Part shown: in pieces, positions 18,001 to 24,748 of the stretch | Numbering within the stretch: position 1 is the stretch's first letter | How the letters are laid out: every line of letters starts with the position of its first letter | NCBI GenBank assembly: GCA_030523325.1 | Contig: JAUNIS010000001.1 | Span: forward strand, 70,251-134,250 | DNA: 64,000 bases | Direction of reading: 5' to 3' | DNA from: Phascolarctobacterium sp. | Lineage (GTDB): Bacteria > Bacillota > Negativicutes > Acidaminococcales > Acidaminococcaceae | Notes under the pieces: model-generated | Database searches by the model: none | What the model was told of the DNA's origin: nothing | The model's input: the letters and a program-made list of their open reading frames with translations, nothing else | Position numbers and translations under genes: made by a program

Positions 18001-18122
18001 AAACTTGCAAGAATCGTCTTTAAACAAGGCGCACGAAAAACAGGTCATTGGGACAGTACTAAAGCGTACGGACCGATGACCTGTTTGAGTGCAACGCAGT
18101 ATAAAGCGATTATCGCAAGTTT
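18001..18122. ncRNA. Long imperfect hairpin element, copy 2 (same architecture, different stem sequences)
   Basis: Outer stem AAACTTGC/GCAAGTTT. Middle stem AATCG-CTTTA/TAAAG-CGATT. Inner stem AAACAGGTCATTGG/CCGATGACCTGTTT. Same internal loop (AACAAGGCGCACGAA opposite GAGTGCAACGCAGTA) and apical GACAGTACT-AAAG-CGTACGGAC. Abuts the ppiB stop codon. Confidence 0.55.
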
Positions 18123-18589
18123 TAACCGATTAGTTCGACTTTTTCCATTACCACTGGTTTCTTCGGACGATCGCGGAAATCGGTGGGAGTGATACCAATT
18201 TTACGAACGACTTCGATGCCTTCTACAACTTTGCCGAAAATTGCATGGTGACCATTGAGCCAAGGACAGGGAACAAGAGTGATGAAGAATTGAGAACCTC
18301 CGGTATTAGGACCTGCATTAGCCATAGAAAGAATACCTTCGTCGTCATGCTTTAAGCCAGGACCAAATTCATCTTCGATTTGATAACCAGGACCACCGAT
18401 ACCAATACCTTGAGGGCAACCGCCTTGAATCATGAAATCTGCAATTACACGATGGAAAATCAATCCATTGTAAAAGCCTTTTTCAGTCAGGTCAATAAAA
18501 TTCTTAGTTGTTTTCGGAGCCTTGTCCTCAAACATTTCTGCAACAAAGATACCCATATTAGTAGTAAATTTAATTTTTCTGTTTGCCAC
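18122..18589 (-). CDS. ppiB: Peptidyl-prolyl cis-trans isomerase, cyclophilin type
   Basis: 155 aa with FHRVIADFMIQGGCP and GPNTGGSQFFIT. GTG start with GGAG 9 nt upstream. Confidence 0.9.
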   Translation of the reverse strand: MANRKIKFTTNMGIFVAEMFEDKAPKTTKNFIDLTEKGFYNGLIFHRVIADFMIQGGCPQGIGIGGPGYQIEDEFGPGLKHDDEGILSMANAGPNTGGSQFFITLVPCPWLNGHHAIFGKVVEGIEVVRKIGITPTDFRDRPKKPVVMEKVELIG

Positions 18590-18699
18590 GATGATTACTC
18601 CTTTTTAATTTAGTTTGCAACTTTTTAAATTGATAATTAACAATTGATAATTTTGGCAGGATGTACTTCGCTAATCCTATTCAATTGCGAATCGAACAT

Positions 18700-19599
18700 T
18701 TATTTTACGTTTACTTCCTTCATCACAAGTGCTCTAAACAAGTTTACGCCACAACCTATTGCAGCCATAATTGCAGGAATTAGAGCCATAACCGCTTTGT
18801 TCCCATGCAAAAGAGAGAGCGAAGCAATAATCATCAGGAAGAAACCACAGCCGATTTGCAGGCGGCTGCCAGAGATTGGTTGATAGCTTTTATCACCCAC
18901 TGCCTTCGTATAACGAGCCAAACGAATTTCCGGCAGAAAGATAAAAAGTACAACCATTAAGAAATATAAATAATTTGCGTTTAAAGAATTGTCATGAACA
19001 TTAAATTTAGCAAAAACAAGGGAGCCGAAAGCAATACCTGCTAAATAAAGACTTGAGGAATAACCGTAAATGATTTGGCTTTCCATAACGTATGCTGCAG
19101 CTGTGAGCATAGGATACAAGTAGTAGCCTTCCCAGCCAAGATAAGCAGCGCAACCTAAAATGATAACGTTATCACCGATTTGATGACGATCGCCACTCGT
19201 ACGGGTAAACATTCTCAAAATCCAAAGGAGCCACAAGGTAACAACCCAGTCACCCGTGCCGAAGAAGGCAAAAGCAAGAGCCGAAAGCACACCACCGATG
19301 AGTCCGCCCAATTTACGGTCGGGATCTAACTCTTGACCAATCATAAAACTAAAAATAATGCTCATAGCCATGCCAACAGCAAACATGCCTGCATCCGTAA
19401 AGTTCATACCGTTAACCATCTTCCAAATAATACCGCCCACTAGGCAAAGAATAGCAATGGCGACAGCCGTTCTTTGAGATAAGTCGTCCACAATATCTAA
19501 AGGTCTGCCAAGACCAATGTATTCATCAAAACCGCTACGGTTTTTAAGCTCATAGGTTTTTTTAGGAGCATCTTTATATTTATTTAATTTTTTACTCAT
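18700..19599 (-). CDS. Polytopic integral membrane protein, unknown function
   Basis: About 299 aa, with roughly 8 hydrophobic helices after a basic N-terminus (MSKKLNKYKDAPKK). ATG at 19599 with GAGG upstream. Confidence 0.6.
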   Translation of the reverse strand: MSKKLNKYKDAPKKTYELKNRSGFDEYIGLGRPLDIVDDLSQRTAVAIAILCLVGGIIWKMVNGMNFTDAGMFAVGMAMSIIFSFMIGQELDPDRKLGGLIGGVLSALAFAFFGTGDWVVTLWLLWILRMFTRTSGDRHQIGDNVIILGCAAYLGWEGYYLYPMLTAAAYVMESQIIYGYSSSLYLAGIAFGSLVFAKFNVHDNSLNANYLYFLMVVLFIFLPEIRLARYTKAVGDKSYQPISGSRLQIGCGFFLMIIASLSLLHGNKAVMALIPAIMAAIGCGVNLFRALVMKEVNVK

Positions 19600-19938
19600 T
19601 TCACGTACCTCACGCAATAATTTTAACTTATATATTTTATCATATACTCCGCAGGTTTGTGAAGAGAAAAGTACGGAAGGAGGCGAGCCTGCGGCTCGAA
19701 GAAATTCTGAAAGCTGAATTTATGAATTGAACTTCACTAGATAAATTTAAAATCTACGTTATATACCAAGTTTACAGAATCAATCGTCCAATTTTACAAA
19801 TTTTAAGACAAAAAGACTTGGAAACCGAAATTTAATTTTCAATTCCCAAGCCTAAGAATATTGATTTTGTTTTATTAAAGATTTTGCTTCGCAAAAGCTT
19901 TCCCTAATTCCGAATGAGAAATTTTATAAAGCTTGCAC

Positions 19939-21633
19939 TTAATTTTCTTCCACTTTCACCGAGCGGTTAATTGCACAAATAATGCCTTGGAGTGCAGCAA
20001 CGTTGATATTCGTATGAATGCCTACACCAAAGACATGCTTGCCGTTTGGATCTGCCAACTCGATGTAGCAAATACCTTTGGAGTCAGAGCCTTGAGATAC
20101 AGCATGTTCATGATAGTTAATGAAGCTATAACCCTTTACGCCCAGTCCGTCGAGAGCCAGGAAGAAGGAGTCGATAGGACCGTTACCGTTGCCAGAGATA
20201 AATCTTTCGTCGCCATCAACCATGATGGAGCCTTCAAAACGAGAATGGATGGAGCCATCTGCTTCATTAAGTTCGAAGAAACGATGTCTCTTAAGAACAT
20301 ATTTCTTATCTTCGAAATCAAGATATTCTTTATTGAAGATTTCCACGATTTGTTCGGAGGACAACTCGTCACCATAAGCATCGGCAGCTGCCTTAATTAC
20401 ATTGCCAAAATCTGGATGCATGGACTTAGGCAGACGATAGCCACAAGCTGCTTCTAGAACATAAACAGCCCCGCCCTTACCGGATTGAGAATTAATGCGG
20501 ATAACTGGCTCGTATTGGCGATTAATATCTGCAGGGTTGATAGGCAGATACGGAACCTCCCAGTACTCCGTGCCAGATGTCTTCATATATTCGTAGCCCT
20601 TGCGAATCGCATCTTGATGGGAACCACTGAAAGCGGTGAAACAAAGATCACCAGCATAAGGTTGACGAGGAGGAACAGTCATCTTTGTAACTTCTTCGTA
20701 AACCTTGCGAACATCCATGATGTTGGAGAAATCAAGCTCGGGATCAACATTTTGCGTGAACATATTAAGAGCAACAGTAATGATATCCAAATTACCAGTA
20801 CGTTCACCATTACCAAAGAGAGTACCTTCAATACGGTCAGCACCAGCCATCAAACCAAGTTCTGCACAAGCAACGCCTGTGCCACGATCATTATGAGGAT
20901 GAAGAGAAATAATTGCTGCATCGCGATTCTTCATATGGGTGCAGAAATATTCGATTTGGTCCGCGTAAGTATTAGCCGTGCACATCTCAACTGTGGAAGG
21001 AAGGTTAATGATGATGGGATGCTCTTTTGTTGCACCCATTTCTTCCATAACCGCTTCACAAATCTCGATAGAATAATCAATCTCGGTACCGGTGAAGCTT
21101 TCGGGAGAATATTCATAACGAATGTTCATACCACTGCGTGCAACCTCTTCTTCGGTTAATTGTTTGATAAGCTTTGCTCCGTTAACAGCAATCTCGGTAA
21201 TGCCAGCCATGTCTTTTTGGAAAACAATCTTTCTTTGCAAGGTGGAAGTGGAATTGTAGAAATGCACGATAACATTTTTGGCTCCACGAACTGCTTCAAA
21301 GGTTTTGCGAATTAATTCTTCACGAGCTTGCACGAGAACTTGCACCCAAACATCGTCAGGAATATGACCTTCTTCGATTAATGTACGCAAAATTGCATAT
21401 TCAGTTTCAGACGCGGAAGGAAAACCAACTTCAATTTCTTTAAAACCACAATCGATCAAGGTATGAAAGAAGCGAATTTTTTCCTCGATACCCATGGGAG
21501 TGATGAGAGCTTGGTTACCATCACGCAAATCAACAGAACACCAAACGGGTGCTTTATCAATAATTTTAGTCGGCCATTGACGATTGGGTAGATTAATTTG
21601 TTCAAAAGGGATATACTTTTTTTCAGATTTCAT
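19939..21633 (-). CDS. leuA: 2-isopropylmalate synthase (long LeuA type)
   Basis: 564 aa with PNRQWP, WCSVDLRDGNQAL, HPHNDRGTGVA and a C-terminal regulatory domain. Preceded by a Leu T-box. Confidence 0.9.
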   Translation of the reverse strand: MKSEKKYIPFEQINLPNRQWPTKIIDKAPVWCSVDLRDGNQALITPMGIEEKIRFFHTLIDCGFKEIEVGFPSASETEYAILRTLIEEGHIPDDVWVQVLVQAREELIRKTFEAVRGAKNVIVHFYNSTSTLQRKIVFQKDMAGITEIAVNGAKLIKQLTEEEVARSGMNIRYEYSPESFTGTEIDYSIEICEAVMEEMGATKEHPIIINLPSTVEMCTANTYADQIEYFCTHMKNRDAAIISLHPHNDRGTGVACAELGLMAGADRIEGTLFGNGERTGNLDIITVALNMFTQNVDPELDFSNIMDVRKVYEEVTKMTVPPRQPYAGDLCFTAFSGSHQDAIRKGYEYMKTSGTEYWEVPYLPINPADINRQYEPVIRINSQSGKGGAVYVLEAACGYRLPKSMHPDFGNVIKAAADAYGDELSSEQIVEIFNKEYLDFEDKKYVLKRHRFFELNEADGSIHSRFEGSIMVDGDERFISGNGNGPIDSFFLALDGLGVKGYSFINYHEHAVSQGSDSKGICYIELADPNGKHVFGVGIHTNINVAALQGIICAINRSVKVEEN

Positions 21634-21659
21634 TTTAATTTCCTCCTAGTTCTATCGGG

Positions 21660-21930
21660 GCAAATAAAAAATCGCCCCATAACATAATGTTAGGGGCGAA
21701 GAAAAATTCCACGCGGTACCACCCTATTTCAACATGCATCGCATGTCCTCATTAGCCTCCAACAAGGCCTTCGCCTGTAACGTGACTCGCACGTCCACCC
21801 CTTATCAAGGTGGCAACTCTAGGACGAGCTTCGCATTCCATCCGCTGCTGACTTCCACCAACCGTCAGCTCTCTAAAAACTTCATGGATGCCTTCTTTCC
21901 CTTCAAAGTCTTTATATGTGGTTTATTAAG
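21660..21930 (-). promoter_or_regulatory. T-box leader (leucine) with intrinsic terminator
   Basis: Minus strand has the T-box core AGGGTGGTACCGCG (21712..21725). Terminator CGCCCCTAACATTATGTTATGGGGCG plus TTTTTT (21661..21699). Stem I AGAGA element, and a CUC codon in the putative specifier loop (GCGAAGCTCGTCC, 21826..21828). Confidence 0.85.
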
Positions 21931-21940
21931 TTGTAAAGAT

Positions 21941-21969
21941 ATTATACTAGTATACACTAAAGGTGTCAA
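21941..21969 (-). promoter_or_regulatory. Consensus sigma-70 promoter of the leuA T-box transcript
   Basis: Minus strand TTGACA - 17 nt - TATAAT. Confidence 0.8.
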
Positions 21970-22032
21970 TAAAAAAGTTTTCGCTCGGCATAACAAACTA
22001 TGCTCTCAAGCAGAGCTCTCTGCCCAATCGCG

Positions 22033-22230
22033 AAAAGTTTTTAAATTCACAGAGTGCGCGAGATGCGAGGCAACCAAAAAAAATTCTAAGGAACTCGCAG
22101 AGCGGTCCAGATTCTAAGAGAAGCATTCGTGAAAAATTTTTAACTTCATAGAGTGCGCGAGATGCGAGGCAGCCAAAAAAAATTCTAAGGAACTCGCAGA
22201 GTGGGCCAGATTCTAGGAGGACTCGCGAAG
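22033..22230. repeat. Tandem direct repeat, 2 units of about 99 bp
   Basis: Unit A 22033..22131 and unit B 22132..22230 share AGAGTGCGCGAGATGCGAGGCA(A/G)CCAAAAAAAATTCTAAGGAACTCGCAGAG(C/T)GG(T/G)CCAGATTCTA(A/G)GAG. A weaker third partial unit lies just upstream (~21990..22032). Confidence 0.8.
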
Positions 22231-22310
22231 GCGTACTTTCGGCGGAGCCGTACGTCGAGCGAGAGCAACTTGCAAAGCAAGTTGCGGTGCCGACAACGAA
22301 GATGGCCCGC
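22201..22310. ncRNA. Candidate multi-stem structured element sharing motifs with the 17.9-kb hairpins
   Basis: Closing helix GTGGGCCA (22201-08) / TGGCCCGC (22303-10). Inside it, CTCGC..CGTAC-loop-GTACG..GCGAG, then hairpin GCAACTTGC-AAA-GCAAGTTGC (22265-85), then single-stranded GCCGACAACGAAG. Confidence 0.35.
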
Positions 22311-22338
22311 TATCCGAGTTCCAGCACCAAATAAAAAA

Positions 22339-22367
22339 AGACCTTAAGGGCTATGCCCTTAAGGTCT
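22339..22367. terminator. Bidirectional terminator (ends the tRNA-Leu operon on the minus strand)
   Basis: AGACCTTAAGGG-CTAT-GCCCTTAAGGTCT flanked by A7 and T6 runs. The outer CACCAAATAAAAAA/TTTTTTATTTGGTG extends the pairing. Confidence 0.8.
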
Positions 22368-22378
22368 AGTTTTTTATT

Positions 22379-22464
22379 TGGTGCGGTTGGTGGGATTTGA
22401 ACCCACACGAGGTCTCCCTCACTACCCCCTCAAAGTAGCGTGTCTGCCGTTCCACCACAACCGC
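22379..22464 (-). tRNA. tRNA-Leu (anticodon GAG)
   Basis: Minus strand GCGGTTGTGGTGGAACGGCAGACACGCTACTTTGAGGGGGTAG...long variable arm...GGGTTCAAATCCCACCAACCGCACCA. Anticodon loop UUGAGGG. Confidence 0.8.
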
Positions 22465-22486
22465 GTGGCTTGCTTATTTAGTAGTG

Positions 22487-22572
22487 TGGTGCGGTAGAGA
22501 GGATTTGAACCTCCACGGGGTTGCCCCCACTAGCTCCTGAGGCTAGCGCGTCTGCCGTTCCGCCACTACCGC
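22487..22572 (-). tRNA. tRNA-Leu (anticodon CAG)
   Basis: Minus strand GCGGTAGTGGCGGAACGGCAGACGCGCTAGCCTCAGGAGCTAG...GGTTCAAATCCTCTCTACCGCACCA. Anticodon loop CUCAGGA. Confidence 0.85.
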
Positions 22573-22597
22573 GCGGGTCTAAATTAGCAACAAGGAT

Positions 22598-22626
22598 ATG
22601 ATAACATAATCGAGCAATGGTGTCAA
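22598..22626 (-). promoter_or_regulatory. Promoter of the tRNA-Leu pair
   Basis: Minus strand TTGACA - 17 nt - TATCAT, about 25 nt upstream of tRNA-Leu(CAG). Confidence 0.65.
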
Positions 22627-22647
22627 CACCTTTTTGAAAATTTTTAA

Positions 22648-23316
22648 TTACTTTTTCAGTTTGTTCTTATAATACAAATAATAACGGTCCCTATCCTGCA
22701 AAACTCGTTGCACGTACTCGCGGGTCTCCGGGTAAGGAATATTTTCAGGATGATTGAAATCATAATTCCAATTATTTTCTTTCATCCAAATATTTGTCTG
22801 ACCTCGTCCAGCGTTATAGGCCATCATTACAAGAGCCATGTTCCCTTGGAATTCATGATAAAGCTCGCCCACATACCAGCAGCCCATACGAATATTCGTG
22901 CGGCTCGTAAATAAATCCTCCGTCTTAAAATCCTTGATTCCCATTTGCTTAGCGATCCACTGCCCGGTCTCAGGCATGATTTGCATTAAACCAATTGCTC
23001 CGACAGGAGACTTCGCCTTATGGTCGTAATGACTTTCATTTTTTATAATGGCAGCTACGAGAAAAGGATCCACATTATTCTTTTTACTATAAGTAATGAT
23101 ATCCTGCTGATAATCCCACATGTATACGTAACGCATTTGTACAGCGTCTGATTCCCAAACCTTCCAGGCGCCAAAAGATAAAATTAAAAGACAAAGAACG
23201 CCTACAAAAATTTTCTTTGGGGTACTCAGCCAAGAAGAAGTCACGTTAACTTTCTTTTTTGGTGCTACCTTACGTTTAGGAGTGGGAGTTTTCTTTACTG
23301 CCTGTTTTTTTGCCAA
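22648..23316 (-). CDS. Lytic transglycosylase (SLT domain), membrane-anchored
   Basis: 222 aa with a basic N-terminus and TM helix. ESHYDHKAKSPVGAIGLMQIMPETG and AYNAG motifs. Confidence 0.85.
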   Translation of the reverse strand: MAKKQAVKKTPTPKRKVAPKKKVNVTSSWLSTPKKIFVGVLCLLILSFGAWKVWESDAVQMRYVYMWDYQQDIITYSKKNNVDPFLVAAIIKNESHYDHKAKSPVGAIGLMQIMPETGQWIAKQMGIKDFKTEDLFTSRTNIRMGCWYVGELYHEFQGNMALVMMAYNAGRGQTNIWMKENNWNYDFNHPENIPYPETREYVQRVLQDRDRYYLYYKNKLKK

Positions 23317-23317
23317 T

Positions 23318-23908
23318 TTACTCTCCTAAAAGTTTTGCTAATTCTTGATGAACAAATGCAATAGTATCTTCTAACTTACCACTATTATCAATGATTAAGT
23401 CCGCATGCATTGCCTTTTCTTCAAAAGGCAATTGCGCTTTAATTCTTGCTTTAACCTGTTCTTCTGTAAAATTGTCACGCAACATTGCTCGTTTGATTTG
23501 CTCTGCTTCACTTACCACCACGAGCCATACCTTGTCGACTTCTTTGTATAAACCGGTTTCTATTAATAACGGTACGTCTAGCACAACAATTTTATCATTC
23601 TGATGCGCTTGTAAAAATTTATCCCGATCTTCTCTTACGGCGGCATGTACAATATGATTTAATTTCGAACGAGCGTCTTGGTCGTTAAAAACAAGCTGAG
23701 CCATCATGGGACGATTAAGCTCGCCCTCTTGCGTGAGAAATTGCTCGCCAAAAACCTTGACAATTTCCTTTAAACCGTCGCTTCCTTTTGCCACAACTTG
23801 ACGACTTACTAAATCTGCATCGTGAACAGCAATCCCTAAACGAGATAATTCTTTAGAAACGCTGCTTTTCCCAGAAGCAATGCCTCCGGTTAAACCAATG
23901 ATAATCAT
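23318..23908 (-). CDS. coaE: Dephospho-CoA kinase
   Basis: MIIIGLTGGIASGKSSV P-loop start, 196 aa. Confidence 0.9.
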   Translation of the reverse strand: MIIIGLTGGIASGKSSVSKELSRLGIAVHDADLVSRQVVAKGSDGLKEIVKVFGEQFLTQEGELNRPMMAQLVFNDQDARSKLNHIVHAAVREDRDKFLQAHQNDKIVVLDVPLLIETGLYKEVDKVWLVVVSEAEQIKRAMLRDNFTEEQVKARIKAQLPFEEKAMHADLIIDNSGKLEDTIAFVHQELAKLLGE

Positions 23909-23917
23909 TTTCCTCTC

Positions 23918-24739
23918 CTATTTTTGACAATGAGCACAGAAAACACTGCCCCTACCACCAATCTTCATAGTACTCAAAGCTTCTCCACATGTTTTGCAAG
24001 ACTTGCCACCACGAGAATAAACTAAAAGATGTTCTTGGTTGGAGCCCTTATTCCCTTCTCCATCCTTATAATCGCGGAAGGTTGTGCCTTTATTCTTAAT
24101 TCCTTGCGCAATGACTATGTTAATTGCCTTGCAGAGTTCAACAATTTCTTCATCACTCAAGGTATTAGCGTGGCGATAAGGAAGAATTCGGGAAAGAGCC
24201 AAGCACTCATCGGCGTAAATATTGCCAAGACCTGCGATAATTTTTTGGTCCAAGATAAAAGTTTTAACGGGTTTCTTGGCCTTTCTAGCTAGGGGAGTCA
24301 AATATTCAGCCGTAAAACCTTCGCTCAATGGTTCGGGACCAAGTGATTCGTAGCCATCAATATAAAAATCGTCATCAGTCACAAGGTAGAGTGTGCCGAA
24401 GGTACGAATATCCGTGAACCACATGGTAACGCCGTCTGACAAAGTAAATTTAATTTTTGCATAAGGGGGAGCCTCGAGCTCATTTTTTTGTGCAATCAAC
24501 GCACCTGTCATGCGCAGGTGCACGATTAATTTTTGGTTAGCAGCCGTGTGAAGGACTAAATACTTACCCTTGCGTCCAACCTTTTCGATAGTTTTACCTA
24601 CAAGTCCCGCAATAAATTTTTCCACGGAAGGATGCTTTACTAAACGAGCTAGGTAAACTTCGACATTTTCTATTTTTTTACCTTGAATATGAGGAGCAAG
24701 TGTTTTACGCACCTGTTCCACTTCTGGCATCTCAGGCAT
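23918..24739 (-). CDS. mutM: Formamidopyrimidine-DNA glycosylase
   Basis: MPEMPEVE N-terminus and a C-terminal zinc finger CKTCG...CAHCQ. Confidence 0.9.
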   Translation of the reverse strand: MPEMPEVEQVRKTLAPHIQGKKIENVEVYLARLVKHPSVEKFIAGLVGKTIEKVGRKGKYLVLHTAANQKLIVHLRMTGALIAQKNELEAPPYAKIKFTLSDGVTMWFTDIRTFGTLYLVTDDDFYIDGYESLGPEPLSEGFTAEYLTPLARKAKKPVKTFILDQKIIAGLGNIYADECLALSRILPYRHANTLSDEEIVELCKAINIVIAQGIKNKGTTFRDYKDGEGNKGSNQEHLLVYSRGGKSCKTCGEALSTMKIGGRGSVFCAHCQK

Positions 24740-24748
24740 AATTATCTC

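Noticed and set aside
17872-18122. The tandem hairpins as a guanidine-II (mini-ykkC) riboswitch, SRP RNA or 6S RNA
   Set aside because: - mini-ykkC: it needs two short hairpins with G-C-closed ACGR tetraloops upstream of a transporter gene. In this window ACGG sits inside a larger GTACGGAC context, in 120-nt hairpins downstream of ppiB.
- SRP RNA: the SRP helix-8 consensus (GGUCC-GGAA-GGAAGCAGCC type) is not present beyond a chance GGAAGGAA.
- 6S RNA: it is a single ~180-nt molecule with a central bubble, not two tandem copies.
21734-22151. ORFs of 127 aa and 62 aa on the plus strand upstream of leuA
   Set aside because: The first overlaps the T-box leader antisense. The second runs through the promoter and tandem repeats. 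No RBS and no recognisable protein features.
22033-22230. The tandem repeats as a CRISPR array
   Set aside because: There are only two ~99-bp units, directly abutting with no unique spacers. The repeat length is far outside the CRISPR range and there are no cas genes.
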